Source of the DNA: a virus
Direction: 5' to 3' (one strand)
DNA length: 49,320 nucleotides
IMG/VR virus record: IMGVR_UViG_3300008050_000019
A program made the position numbers and the translations under genes. Positions 25,196 to 34,540 of this stretch are shown here, in pieces; the stretch's first letter is position 1; every line of letters begins with the position of its first letter. The notes under the pieces were generated by a model, which ran no database searches, was not told where the DNA came from, and worked only from the letters and a program-made list of their open reading frames with translations.

Positions 25196-25618
25196 ATGAA
25201 AAAAACTGGGTATGCCACATTTACATATAGATGGTTCAGTCAAGCTGAACCATCAGTAACACAAGAGCTTCGGGACAAAATCAATGCAGCCTTTGATGAA
25301 GGCGGCTATGGTGCGGGAATGAAGTACTGGCATGATAACCGTCCCTCAGATGAAGTCCTAGATGCAGTCTGGGCATCCCTTACCGATGTCAGGGCCGAGA
25401 TTGAAATGGCTGCACAGGAAGTCGGCTTTAGTCCAAAGAGTCAAAAGGCTTTTGATCGTATCATGAAAGAAGGACCCCATCGAGTCCCGCTCAAAAGTAA
25501 CAGGCTCAAAAAGATGGCAGATAGGCTTTCACCCGTTGCTTCGCACATCGCAAATTCACTATGTGATTATGAAGCACAGGTTTTTTGTGGAGCTTTGCGA
25601 GGTCATGACGAAGGATAA
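25196..25618 (+). CDS. hypothetical protein (140 aa), leaderless
   Basis: GTGATATAATATTATTA-ATG: -10 ends 6 nt before ATG. Confidence 0.55.
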   Translation: MKKTGYATFTYRWFSQAEPSVTQELRDKINAAFDEGGYGAGMKYWHDNRPSDEVLDAVWASLTDVRAEIEMAAQEVGFSPKSQKAFDRIMKEGPHRVPLKSNRLKKMADRLSPVASHIANSLCDYEAQVFCGALRGHDEG

Positions 25619-25712
25619 ACTCCTCGTTAAATTCTCTTTCTAATAATGTTGTAATATTCTTGTATCTTCCGAGAATATTCGTGATATAATATTATTAGGA
25701 GTTAAACACTAC

Positions 25713-26123
25713 ATGGCAAGCTTACCCAACCAAGACTACCACCGACGTAATGCTGCACCGATCCCAGCAGAAATCTGGGCCACCGATAAGTGGCAAGAGC
25801 AGAATGCTGCCAAATTCAAATCACGTAGAGATGCAGTGGAACTTTACGCTGCCACGTTCAAGCTTGTTCTGAATGTTGATCCCATGGAGGAGTGGTACGA
25901 AGACATCGGCCTGCATGACTACAGTGCATCAGAATTCGGCACCTCTCATGAACCCCCAGTAATCTACTTGGCGATTCGTGATGTTGTTGAAGAAGAGTTG
26001 GAGGAGCTTCCTGAGTATGAAGTTGAGGGCATCTTCATCACCGACTCGACCGGGACCCAGATGAGAACGCTCCAGTTTGTCAAGAATTGCTGCAGCTTCG
26101 GAATTGCTGCACATAATAAGTAA
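25713..26123 (+). CDS. hypothetical protein (136 aa)
   Basis: AGGAG SD then ATG. Confidence 0.6.
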   Translation: MASLPNQDYHRRNAAPIPAEIWATDKWQEQNAAKFKSRRDAVELYAATFKLVLNVDPMEEWYEDIGLHDYSASEFGTSHEPPVIYLAIRDVVEEELEELPEYEVEGIFITDSTGTQMRTLQFVKNCCSFGIAAHNK

Positions 26124-26172
26124 ACAATTTAGTATTCCCTGTATCCTAATCGTGTTACCATGTTCTTAGGAA

Positions 26173-26418
26173 ATGACACAAACTCATATAATTTTATCTT
26201 ATGAAGATCTGAGTCTTCGTTTATGTGATCAGGGCACCCGTGATGACCTGATCAAGCTTTTGAATGAAGGGTGGAAACCTGAGCCTGGGCCGTTCTCCCT
26301 TTGGGACATCACCGATGACGGCCACATCTATAAGGTAAATACGTACCTAGGCAAAATCGTGATTGCCCCATTACCTAAAGGTGGTAACTCCCTTGATGTC
26401 ACGTCGTTAATTGACTAA
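26173..26418 (+). CDS. hypothetical protein (81 aa)
   Basis: six-frame ORF. Confidence 0.5.
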   Translation: MTQTHIILSYEDLSLRLCDQGTRDDLIKLLNEGWKPEPGPFSLWDITDDGHIYKVNTYLGKIVIAPLPKGGNSLDVTSLID

Positions 26419-26526
26419 ATTCTCTTTCTAATAATGTTGTAATACTTTTGTATCTTTCGGGACATGATCGTATTATAATATTTTTAGGAATTGGGAATTT
26501 CCCAACATCCCTTTACAGGAGTTAAT

Positions 26527-26931
26527 ATGGAAGCACCCTTCGACTGGGGCACGATCAGTGTCAACTTTCCTTCAATTGCCAACCTGCTTCTTGAGCAAGT
26601 CGAGGAGTTTGGTGATGAAGGTGAGGAAGAGTTCACCCCAATCTACCTGGACGACGACGAGTATCTTGGTGAACCCCCGGGTGATGCTGAAGCTTATCTT
26701 GAGGGCGACACCCTTATGATTGTGCACCCCACTGAGCTCGATGCTTACCTCATTTGCATCAACCCGTCCGGAATGGTGTACCACCCAGGACCAACCTTCT
26801 ACACATATCGGAACGGCAAGCTTCACTATGAATCTCAAATGGACAATAATTCCACCATCGACCTCTTCGAGGGTGATGAAGCCTTCACGGGCGACCAAGG
26901 CCGGTCGTATATGGCTGCTTCAACAACATGA
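26527..26931 (+). CDS. hypothetical acidic protein (134 aa)
   Basis: CAGGAG SD then ATG; module operator TTGGGAATTTCCCAA at 26491..26505. Confidence 0.55.
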   Translation: MEAPFDWGTISVNFPSIANLLLEQVEEFGDEGEEEFTPIYLDDDEYLGEPPGDAEAYLEGDTLMIVHPTELDAYLICINPSGMVYHPGPTFYTYRNGKLHYESQMDNNSTIDLFEGDEAFTGDQGRSYMAASTT

Positions 26932-27177
26932 AGTGCAGTGGCGAGTTTAGGGAATCGACTGGGTGGATTTATACCAAATGGGACGCTGAGAACACTGCAC
27001 CAAACACTTGCGCTCGGAAGCCCTATGGCCAGAGGAGAAAAAGAGGGAAATAATCCCCCTAATTTCCTTCTCTAATAATGTTGTAATATTCTTGTGTCCT
27101 CAGGGATATGATTGTATTACAATATTCTTAGGAATTGGGAATCACTGAGGTCACCCTCCATTGCAAAGCAGGTAAGT

Positions 27178-27486
27178 ATGTCAGAATGTATCAGAAGCCC
27201 CCACAAAAGTGGGAACCTCTCTATCAAGGCTGTCGATGAAGGGGGCGAAACCTTCGGGAACATGCTCCTTAGGTTCATATGCTATGAGCTTTCGACATGG
27301 CACCTCATGCCGAAGGACTATGAGGCTTTGAGAGTGTTCTTAGAACAAACACATGATGATTGCGCATGGATTGACTATAAGGGTACTCTGGATGCTCCTG
27401 GACCCGTGAGCATCACCATTTATGTGTGGAATAGCTGGCTACATGATGGACTCCCGAAGACGCCAAGGTCACTTATCCTCCGGTAA
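27178..27486 (+). CDS. hypothetical protein (102 aa)
   Basis: module promoter; GCAGGTAAG then ATG. Confidence 0.45.
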   Translation: MSECIRSPHKSGNLSIKAVDEGGETFGNMLLRFICYELSTWHLMPKDYEALRVFLEQTHDDCAWIDYKGTLDAPGPVSITIYVWNSWLHDGLPKTPRSLILR

Positions 27487-27545
27487 GCCAGGAAAAAAGA
27501 GGAAAATAATCCTCAATCGTATCCTATCTGTGTTATAATATTCCT

Positions 27546-27830
27546 ATGGAAAATGCGGATATTGAATCCAAACTCATCTCTGATGAACTCCTTCGCCTCT
27601 CCACCCTCGATACCTTCCGAACCGTCGCATTTCGGGTCAAGGGAATTGACCCGGGTGAATATGGGGGTGGGCACGAACTTCAAGCAATCTGTTTTGAGTT
27701 TCTGGAAGAGTCGAACTCCAAGGACTTCATGGGTCTGACGGACGCCGATTTGGACGAAGGGCCAGGAATCTGGTACAGACTGAATGATGATCTCACCACC
27801 TTCATGCAAGAATTTAGCTTCAAAAGCTGA
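27546..27830 (+). CDS. hypothetical acidic protein (94 aa), leaderless
   Basis: TGTGTTATAATATTCCT-ATG. Confidence 0.55.
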   Translation: MENADIESKLISDELLRLSTLDTFRTVAFRVKGIDPGEYGGGHELQAICFEFLEESNSKDFMGLTDADLDEGPGIWYRLNDDLTTFMQEFSFKS

Positions 27831-27937
27831 TTCCCTTCTCTAATAATGCTGTAATATTCTTGTATCTTCCGGGATATGATTGTATTACAATATTTTTAGG
27901 AATTGGAATTAATCCAATATCCAAACAAGGAGTTTCT

Positions 27938-28189
27938 ATGACTAGCAAAGTGTATCTCGTTATTCGTGAAGATGAGTTCGGTGACTCAGTCAAGATTGTC
28001 CCAGAAACCTATCAAATCGTAGGGTTTACTCACTCAAAAGAGTTGGCGGAAGCCGCAGCAAACAAGCTCAATCACACTGGGCGCGATGGATGTGGTCATG
28101 ACATCGACTTCAGTGATCCCTATTGGGGAGATGAGTTCTGTGATGGTGATATAACTGTCTGGACAGTCGAGGAAGTTGACGCACTCTAA
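27938..28189 (+). CDS. hypothetical protein (83 aa)
   Basis: CAAGGAG SD then ATG. Confidence 0.55.
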   Translation: MTSKVYLVIREDEFGDSVKIVPETYQIVGFTHSKELAEAAANKLNHTGRDGCGHDIDFSDPYWGDEFCDGDITVWTVEEVDAL

Positions 28190-28287
28190 TCTCATTTTCT
28201 AAGAATATTGTAATATTTTTGTATCCTTCGGGGTATGATCGTATTACAATATTTTTAGGAATTGGAAATTCCGAATAAGGAGCAACT

Positions 28288-28527
28288 ATGAGAAGCCCAC
28301 ATAGACTATCCGTGAAGGCAGCGGCAGAATTCTTCGAAGAACCAATTTGGCATAACTACGCCAATGGCAGCCTGATGTTGACCGAAGGTCGCAAGTATTT
28401 TGACTACTGCGCATCTCCCGCCCTAAAGTTCAAGGTGAGACTGGTGTCACCACATGATGTGACAGCGATCGTTTATCAGGGCAACTGCCTCTTTGAGGCA
28501 CTGCATGCATATAATGAGTTAGACTAA
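28288..28527 (+). CDS. hypothetical protein (79 aa)
   Basis: AATAAGGAG SD then ATG. Confidence 0.55.
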   Translation: MRSPHRLSVKAAAEFFEEPIWHNYANGSLMLTEGRKYFDYCASPALKFKVRLVSPHDVTAIVYQGNCLFEALHAYNELD

Positions 28528-28530
28528 TTA

Positions 28531-28589
28531 GTCGAAACGGGTTTAACCCGTCACTTGGGAGTTCCTTCCCAGGTCTGATGAGACAGGAG
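28531..28589 (+). ncRNA. hammerhead ribozyme, type II (HH1); predicted cleavage after C28552
   Basis: GUC-GAAA-[ACGGG-uuuaa-CCCGU]-C|A-[CUUGGGA-guuccu-UCCCAGG]-U-CUGAUGA-GAC-AGGAG; 3' AGGA can pair loop-I UCCU. Confidence 0.8.
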
Positions 28590-28594
28590 CATAG

Positions 28595-28903
28595 ATGAAA
28601 TTATCCGAACTTAAGAAGCAAATCGTTACGCTGGAAGAACGATTCCCAGGGGAGAATATCGAGGTTCGTGTGGGGACCAACGCAAAAATTGATCCCTTCC
28701 TGTCCCAAGTCGTGACCACAGGTCTGCGATTTCACAATTCCAGCCCGCCATTCTACGGGCATGAAATCCAGAGCCCACCAATGGAAGCCAGGGTGGTTTT
28801 GCACATCACTGTCACACAGAAGCCAGTCATTGTCGATCCCATTGCTCACGCTGATGACTTTGATATCCGTGATAGTCAGTGTCGGAACCCTTCCCAGGAT
28901 TAA
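28595..28903 (+). CDS. hypothetical protein (102 aa) downstream of HH1
   Basis: GGAG SD 6 nt after ribozyme core, then ATG. Confidence 0.55.
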   Translation: MKLSELKKQIVTLEERFPGENIEVRVGTNAKIDPFLSQVVTTGLRFHNSSPPFYGHEIQSPPMEARVVLHITVTQKPVIVDPIAHADDFDIRDSQCRNPSQD

Positions 28904-28907
28904 CAAA

Positions 28908-29165
28908 ATGTCAGCAGACAACAACATCCTAAACAACCTCACACCAAAAGAGAAAACACTCGTTGAGTATGCGACGATGGTCGAAAGGATGCGAATCGCG
29001 AAGATTGTGCATGCTCAAATGGATGACATGCAGAAGGTGGTCGACGGTCCGCGAGACAACATTAAGGGGTACTATGAAATGCTACCCCAGCTGTTAAGCG
29101 GGATTAGTGTGTTAAAGTTTACCTTTGACAACATCACCAAGGAGCCTTCCGATGACACAGACTGA
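28908..29165 (+). CDS. hypothetical protein (85 aa)
   Basis: MSADNNILNNL...; ORF-track upstream extension overlaps previous gene. Confidence 0.45.
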   Translation: MSADNNILNNLTPKEKTLVEYATMVERMRIAKIVHAQMDDMQKVVDGPRDNIKGYYEMLPQLLSGISVLKFTFDNITKEPSDDTD

Positions 29166-29487
29166 AAGAGCCATTCGGCAATCTGAGCGTGAGGACATTG
29201 TCCAGCAATTACAGGCCAAGCTTGATAAGCTTACGCTTCGAATCGAAAGCTGGTCAGATGAAGGTGATAGACCATTCAGCCTAATCAGGGCATGCATAGC
29301 ACAGGAATGTGTCCTTAAAGACATGATTGAGGAGATCACGTATGATGCTGATCTTACTTTCTCTAATGATGTGGCGGGTGTGTATGTGTTTGCAGATGAT
29401 GGTTCCGCGGGTGATGGTCTTCCTGATGAAGCAATGTGTGCGTTGAATAATTTTTGCATGTTCCTGGACGTCATCATCCGAAAGTGA
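29152..29487 (+). CDS. hypothetical protein (~111 aa)
   Basis: ATGA overlap with previous stop; alternative start 29125. Confidence 0.45.
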   Translation: MTQTERAIRQSEREDIVQQLQAKLDKLTLRIESWSDEGDRPFSLIRACIAQECVLKDMIEEITYDADLTFSNDVAGVYVFADDGSAGDGLPDEAMCALNNFCMFLDVIIRK

Positions 29488-29488
29488 T

Positions 29489-30040
29489 TCACTCCCTGTG
29501 AACAGCACGAAAAGTAGCCGTTAACCCTTCCTCTTTATTCCTGGCGAGACACCACAGCCTATACTCAGAAACCGTCATTGGCTGTCCATTGATGCTGTAA
29601 CTCTCCGCCCGAGTCTTTGTTCTACGTGACCAACTTCTGTATGAAGGTCCAGTCTCGCAGTGTTCTCTTCCTTCGAACATATGCTGTTCTGACCATACAC
29701 TCCCGTCTTCATCATATACTATCACAGCCGGTCCATCTTCTCTATGGTATAGACCATGAGTATAATACTTATCTGTGAGCTTAATTCCTTGTCTCGTCAT
29801 GCAGTATGCAGGCCCATCCGTTCTATGATAGATGCCTAGCGGTCCCTTAAAATCAGCTATCGAAGGATTAAAGAGCCTCTGATCACCTGCAAAACCCACC
29901 CTATGTTGATAAATTTGATAAATGCTGTTCTGTGAAAGTGTACTATCTATCATCACAAAGTGTGCAGAGACTTCATAACCCTCAAGCTTTCTTACAATCT
30001 TGAGAGTATTCTCGTCATAGATACTAGACGTCCATTCCAT
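29489..30040 (-). CDS. HREDGPA / MORN-like repeat protein
   Basis: YHRTDGPAY, YHREDGPAV repeats; leaderless TGTGATATTATAAAAT-ATG. Confidence 0.6.
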   Translation of the reverse strand: MEWTSSIYDENTLKIVRKLEGYEVSAHFVMIDSTLSQNSIYQIYQHRVGFAGDQRLFNPSIADFKGPLGIYHRTDGPAYCMTRQGIKLTDKYYTHGLYHREDGPAVIVYDEDGSVWSEQHMFEGREHCETGPSYRSWSRRTKTRAESYSINGQPMTVSEYRLWCLARNKEEGLTATFRAVHRE

Positions 30041-30106
30041 ATTTTATAATATCACATCTAGCGAGCTCCTACAACATATTTTACTCACGCTCGCCGGCGC
30101 AAAAAG

Positions 30107-30433
30107 TTATCTTTTAAAAGTTGATTCTAAGCCCTTTTTGCAGCCTCTAACAAGGCAATGTAGCCTGAATATTTCGATTGACAGCACCACTCCCTCTTGA
30201 TACCAGATCTGATAATAAACCTCACCTGTGTGGTAATATGAGATGTATGCTGGCCCATCGTCTCTGTGTATTAAGCCATTTACATACCAGCGCTCGTAGT
30301 TAATGTTGCCATTTGGGTAATAAGCGATAACTGCTGGCTTATCTTTCCTATGTGGTCTGCAGTTTTGATACCAGTATTCTGAGCTAATTTTGCCGTTTGA
30401 ATAATAATCAATTATTGATTCAGCACCATCCAT
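30107..30433 (-). CDS. HREDGPA / MORN-like repeat protein with conserved C-terminal tail
   Basis: WYxNGxxHRDDGPA repeats; tail FRLHCLVRGCKKGLESTFKR; leaderless TGTGATATTATAAACTG-ATG. Confidence 0.65.
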   Translation of the reverse strand: MDGAESIIDYYSNGKISSEYWYQNCRPHRKDKPAVIAYYPNGNINYERWYVNGLIHRDDGPAYISYYHTGEVYYQIWYQEGVVLSIEIFRLHCLVRGCKKGLESTFKR

Positions 30434-30640
30434 CAGTTTATAATATCACATCTGATGAACTTTTGCAACATATTTTACTCACACTCGCCGGCGCAAAAAG
30501 TTATCTTTTTTTGAAAAAAAGGGTTATAAGAGCACATTATCATGAACGGTAAAAAATCATTAAAGTTGCAAAAGCTGTATTAAATGAGACAGGAATGTCA
30601 TATAATATTTTAAGGGACAGGAAAATTATAATGAGCAAGC

Positions 30641-30985
30641 TTAATCATCACGCCAATCTTCGATATCGTATATCCCGTACGTATCTTTCAAGGGTTGTTC
30701 TTTACCTGTCATTAGCAGGTAAACACGATACAGTTCTATTGGTAGTTCCTCTCCATGTAAATAAAAGATAGCGTTTTTTCTTAGTGAGTTGCTATGAGCA
30801 AAAACAACCGCTGGACCATCTTCTCTGTGCGTGATACAAGAAGCATCACGATAATGCACCAAAATAAGCTCGCCATAATCGTCTTTTACTTTTCTTAGAA
30901 ACCCACCATTAGGTAAGGAAATTCTGCTAATCATATTGCACGCTTCATATTTGATAATATCACATCTGGTGAACTCTTGCAACAT
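30641..30985 (-). CDS. HREDGPA / MORN-like repeat protein
   Basis: THREDGPAVVF; tail LYRVYLLMTGKEQPLKDTY; leaderless TGTGATATTATCAAAT-ATG. Confidence 0.55.
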   Translation of the reverse strand: MLQEFTRCDIIKYEACNMISRISLPNGGFLRKVKDDYGELILVHYRDASCITHREDGPAVVFAHSNSLRKNAIFYLHGEELPIELYRVYLLMTGKEQPLKDTYGIYDIEDWRDD

Positions 30986-31089
30986 ATTTTACTCGCATCC
31001 ACCCCGGGGCAAGTATACCGCTAACTGTTCTTATTTTGTGTCAAATGTTCCTAATTCGTGGTATAATTTATATAGAAATGAGGAACATA

Positions 31090-31586
31090 TGAAGTTTAGT
31101 TCTATTAAGTGCTTTCTAGGGTTTCATGATTGGTTTCGCATGTATCGATCAGCAGAACAAAACAAGAGGTACGATGGTGTACCCTTGCAGGATGCGTATG
31201 CGTACATTACCGTCTGGGAGGCATGGAAGTTAGGGACCACCATTGGCGGGAGGCATATTACACAGACTTCTACAGCTCGACAAAAAAACTTTATTGCCGA
31301 CATCCATCGTGACAAAACATGCATACACTGCAAGAAGGTTAATCTGAGGTTTGAAAAGTTGCTAGTTTCGTGTGAAGCGAAGCAAGCAGTAAGAGATCGT
31401 GCTAGAGTCGCCGAGTTGGGGCGCCAAAACTGCATTCCCATTGACACTTATGTAGCCAGGATCTGTGAAGCACGTGAAGCGTATGGTAAGCCTGTAACAC
31501 CTCTAGTGACAGGTAAGGCCCAGGGGAAGCTTTCAATAGCAGAACTTGGGCCAGGAAACATCTCACTTTCAGAAAAGAGTAAATAG
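31090..31586 (+). CDS. CFxGxHDW / CxxC / GKLSIAE family paralog 1
   Basis: MKFSSIKCFLGFHDWF ... DKTCIHCKKVNLRFEKLL ... GKLSIAELGPGNISL; AGGAACAT then ATG. Confidence 0.55.
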
Positions 31587-31587
31587 T

Positions 31588-32064
31588 ATGTCATTAAAAA
31601 GGCTACTGTGTTTCATTGGTAGACATGATTACCATAACGTTCCTAAAACATTTGAACATGCCACTAAGTTCAAAGCAATTGAACTTTACTGGATAGTGCG
31701 ACAGCTTACACCAGCGCAATTTTCTGCGTGTAACATTTCCCTAGAGAGATCACTTAACCAGAAGCACCTGCAAGTCAATAAAGCAAAAATCTTATGCACG
31801 ATACATGATAGTGTGTGCGTAAGGTGTAATAATGTCGACTTAGCATTTACGAAGATTCTTTCTGGAGCGGAGAAGGCAATCAGTGAGGCATGCACCAAAA
31901 ACCAACGAGATGCTGCCAGAAACAATGAGTATGAAGAAATGGTCAAGAAGGCTAGAATGATATACTTTGATGAAAGGCCAGCCCACACTCTTATAACAGA
32001 TGGGAAGCTTTCAATAGCAGAACCACATAATGGTAGGGTTTCTATACCTAGGAGTCACAAATAA
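31588..32064 (+). CDS. CFxGxHDW / CxxC / GKLSIAE family paralog 2
   Basis: MSLKRLLCFIGRHDY ... DSVCVRCNNVDLAFTKIL ... GKLSIAEPHNGRVSIP. Confidence 0.55.
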   Translation: MSLKRLLCFIGRHDYHNVPKTFEHATKFKAIELYWIVRQLTPAQFSACNISLERSLNQKHLQVNKAKILCTIHDSVCVRCNNVDLAFTKILSGAEKAISEACTKNQRDAARNNEYEEMVKKARMIYFDERPAHTLITDGKLSIAEPHNGRVSIPRSHK

Positions 32065-32065
32065 T

Positions 32066-32587
32066 ATGGGTTGGAAAAAGTTGCAATGTTTCATTGGGTG
32101 GCATGATTGGTGCAACGCTCTGCCAACGGTCGAGCAAATAAAGAGGTGGGATTCCTTAGATATTGCTCATATCAAGCAAGCAGCCAGCTGGGCCGTCCGT
32201 AGTCATTCTAAGAAGGAAGTCAAGTATTTTTATCGTGATAAAGCATGTAGGCGATGCGAGAAGATTGATTTGGCACATGAAAAGCTGCTGGAAGAATCAG
32301 AAAAGATAGAGTATAAAAGCACCCAAATTGAGCATAAGTCCAAAGATATAGAACATATTCTGATAAGTAAGATTACGGGTGCTAGGATGCAACGCCATAA
32401 AGAGCTTGTCGCAGGGACAGAGATAAAACAATCTTCTGGTGGGAAGCTTTCAATCGCAGAAAATGTTGAGGGGAGCGTTTCGCTGCCAAGTGATGAGACT
32501 TTAAAAGCACGACACACAGAAGATGAGCTTGATTTCGAAGTTAGTCAACAAAGAGAAGCAAAAATAGTAGACAATTACGTTTCTTAA
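32066..32587 (+). CDS. CFxGxHDW / CxxC / GKLSIAE family paralog 3
   Basis: MGWKKLQCFIGWHDW ... DKACRRCEKIDLAHEKLL ... GKLSIAENVEGSVSLP. Confidence 0.55.
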   Translation: MGWKKLQCFIGWHDWCNALPTVEQIKRWDSLDIAHIKQAASWAVRSHSKKEVKYFYRDKACRRCEKIDLAHEKLLEESEKIEYKSTQIEHKSKDIEHILISKITGARMQRHKELVAGTEIKQSSGGKLSIAENVEGSVSLPSDETLKARHTEDELDFEVSQQREAKIVDNYVS

Positions 32588-32908
32588 AGTTAGGAGGGGA
32601 TGGGTAAGAGCATAAAAGCAGCATAATTGTGAGGCTCGAAAAAAGGGCCGAGCCAAGTCCCACCAGCCCCCGTCGCCAGCCACTACTATCCCACGCCTCC
32701 CCACATAAAAAATAACACCTTCCCACAATCATGAGGTCATCATCTAGCCCTATGATTCGAGGGATATATGTACACTTGTCGTTCTGTGCTTGATTAAATC
32801 CGAGTGATTCTGTGCATTTCTGTGCTGTTCCAGCATACCATATACAAAGCATCAAAAAACATGTGGGGATATGTGTGCTAAAAAGCACCAGATGTGGTAT
32901 AATAAAGG

Positions 32909-33463
32909 ATGAAAAATATAATCTTAGCTGGCCTATTTACTCTAACTGTGGGGTGTGGACCTGCAATCGAAAAAGAAGACTTCATTGGTGCATGGACTTA
33001 TTATAGCGGAATTTCGACAGACATATGTTCTAATGGTCAAACACAAGTACGTTCCGCTGCAGGCGCAACAATCGCATATGAACAGAAGGGTGACCTCATA
33101 AGGGCGTATGGCATAAATGACACCAATGTAGGGGAACTTATATTTGGTGATGATGGGTTCTATTACAAGTTAAACAAGAATAAGCTTGTGGCAGAAGGAC
33201 CCCAGTCTCAATGTTGGAGAATTTACAATGGCAATTACCCCTATGAATGTCTAACCCAAGAAGAAGCCACGTTCAGCATGGAGTATTCAAATGTTAAACG
33301 AGAAGGTGCTGAAGATGTTGAGGAGCTGGTCATAACCATGGCAGGTAGTGGTCACCATGAAGGATTGCTTAGTAATGATACACGTGATGTTGGTTTGTCT
33401 TGTGACTATACAATAGAGGGTAAGTTGTTGTTCAACCCTATTGCAACCAACTTGTTAGACTAG
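32909..33463 (+). CDS. predicted secreted lipoprotein (184 aa)
   Basis: MKNIILAGLFTLTVGC signal and lipobox. Confidence 0.55.
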   Translation: MKNIILAGLFTLTVGCGPAIEKEDFIGAWTYYSGISTDICSNGQTQVRSAAGATIAYEQKGDLIRAYGINDTNVGELIFGDDGFYYKLNKNKLVAEGPQSQCWRIYNGNYPYECLTQEEATFSMEYSNVKREGAEDVEELVITMAGSGHHEGLLSNDTRDVGLSCDYTIEGKLLFNPIATNLLD

Positions 33464-33600
33464 TTCTATTCCTTTAGTCTATCCTAGATCTTTGCTTTAT
33501 TTTGGTTTGCTGCCCTGGATGAGGGCTTGATATGGCAGCCACATGGCGGAGGAGTGGGGCAACACAATCATCATCAAGTATATGTCCGTCCTTCCTTTCT

Positions 33601-33660
33601 AATGTCGAAACACCTTCGGGTGTCATATTGGGTGACCTCCAACGTCTGATGAGATAGGTC
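33601..33660 (+). ncRNA. hammerhead ribozyme, type II (HH2); predicted cleavage after C33624
   Basis: GUC-GAAA-[ACACC-uucg-GGUGU]-C|A-stemI(UUGGG..GACCU..CCAA)-CUGAUGA-GAU-AGGUC; AGGUC pairs loop-I GACCU. Confidence 0.8.
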
Positions 33661-33671
33661 AAGGAGAAGTT

Positions 33672-34247
33672 ATGAGCGCATCTAGAAGAGACACTCAAGT
33701 AAGCAGATTAAAGAAAATCCTCCCGGGAGTACTTCAGACGAAGGGTATAATGTGCTTCATCCATGCTTATGATGAAGGCGGAATGAACCGAGCCTGGGAA
33801 AATGTTGATACAGAAGACAAGCAGGCATTCATGGCTTTCTGTGAAAGCATCATGGATGAAGAGCTAGAGTACTTGGCCGCCTTTCTTGGTCATGGTGATG
33901 AAAGCCTAAGTAGCCTATTCTCTGATTTCCTTGAAAAAATGGAGGTTCTATTTCAAATAGAATCAGACAAGGAGTATACAGAACAGCAAAACGCCCACAA
34001 CGAGTGGGTGAAAACTACCAGGACCTCGAACCAGGGGAAAGTCATTACTCGAGGTGATCGCGTCTTATCGGAATCTGGAATGACTGGTGTGGTCGTCGGG
34101 GTGGTTTCTGAGACGGCACAACACTTTGGGTCCATTAAAGTATGGAATGAAGACACCAAGGGGTGTTGTGACCAATGCGGAGAAAATCCCACTCGCACAT
34201 TTTCATTTAGCAATTGGGAATCAGAATTAATAATTCTCGATAAGTAA
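33672..34247 (+). CDS. hypothetical protein (191 aa) downstream of HH2
   Basis: AAGGAG SD overlaps ribozyme 3' tail; ATG 33672. Confidence 0.55.
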   Translation: MSASRRDTQVSRLKKILPGVLQTKGIMCFIHAYDEGGMNRAWENVDTEDKQAFMAFCESIMDEELEYLAAFLGHGDESLSSLFSDFLEKMEVLFQIESDKEYTEQQNAHNEWVKTTRTSNQGKVITRGDRVLSESGMTGVVVGVVSETAQHFGSIKVWNEDTKGCCDQCGENPTRTFSFSNWESELIILDK

Positions 34248-34329
34248 CATCCTTGTATCCTTCGTGTCCTTCTTGTATTAAAATATTTCAGGATTCGGGA
34301 ATCACCCAATCTTTTGAGATAGGATTCAT

Positions 34330-34392
34330 ATGTACGAATTGTTGAGTGGCATCTTTATTTTTTCAATCACCATCATGTCAGTGTTTGCCTGA
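34330..34392 (+). CDS. candidate micro-ORF encoding 20-aa hydrophobic peptide MYELLSGIFIFSITIMSVFA
   Basis: ATG..TGA behind a module-like promoter CTTGTATTAAAATATTTCAGGATTCGGGAATCACC. Confidence 0.2.
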   Translation: MYELLSGIFIFSITIMSVFA

Positions 34393-34483
34393 TGTTGGAA
34401 GCTGTCTTAAACTGAGTGGAACGCCGTATTGACGCTATTGGTGGCATGAGTTGCAGAGCATGTCCAATTTAAAATCGGCTGCA

Positions 34484-34540
34484 TTCGAAACGCCCTAAGG
34501 GCGTCATGTTGGGTGACCTCCAACGTCTGATGAGATAGGT
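34484..34540 (+). ncRNA. hammerhead ribozyme, type II (HH3); predicted cleavage after C34505
   Basis: GAAA-[ACGCCC-uaa-GGGCGU]-C|A then sequence identical to HH2 from stem I onward; stem III differs by compensatory changes. Confidence 0.75.

Noticed and set aside
27565-27580. CTGATGA word inside gene 27546..27830 (tctctgatgaactcc)
   Set aside because: No GAAA...GUC partner or stem I/III hairpins around it. It is in-frame coding sequence, not a hammerhead.
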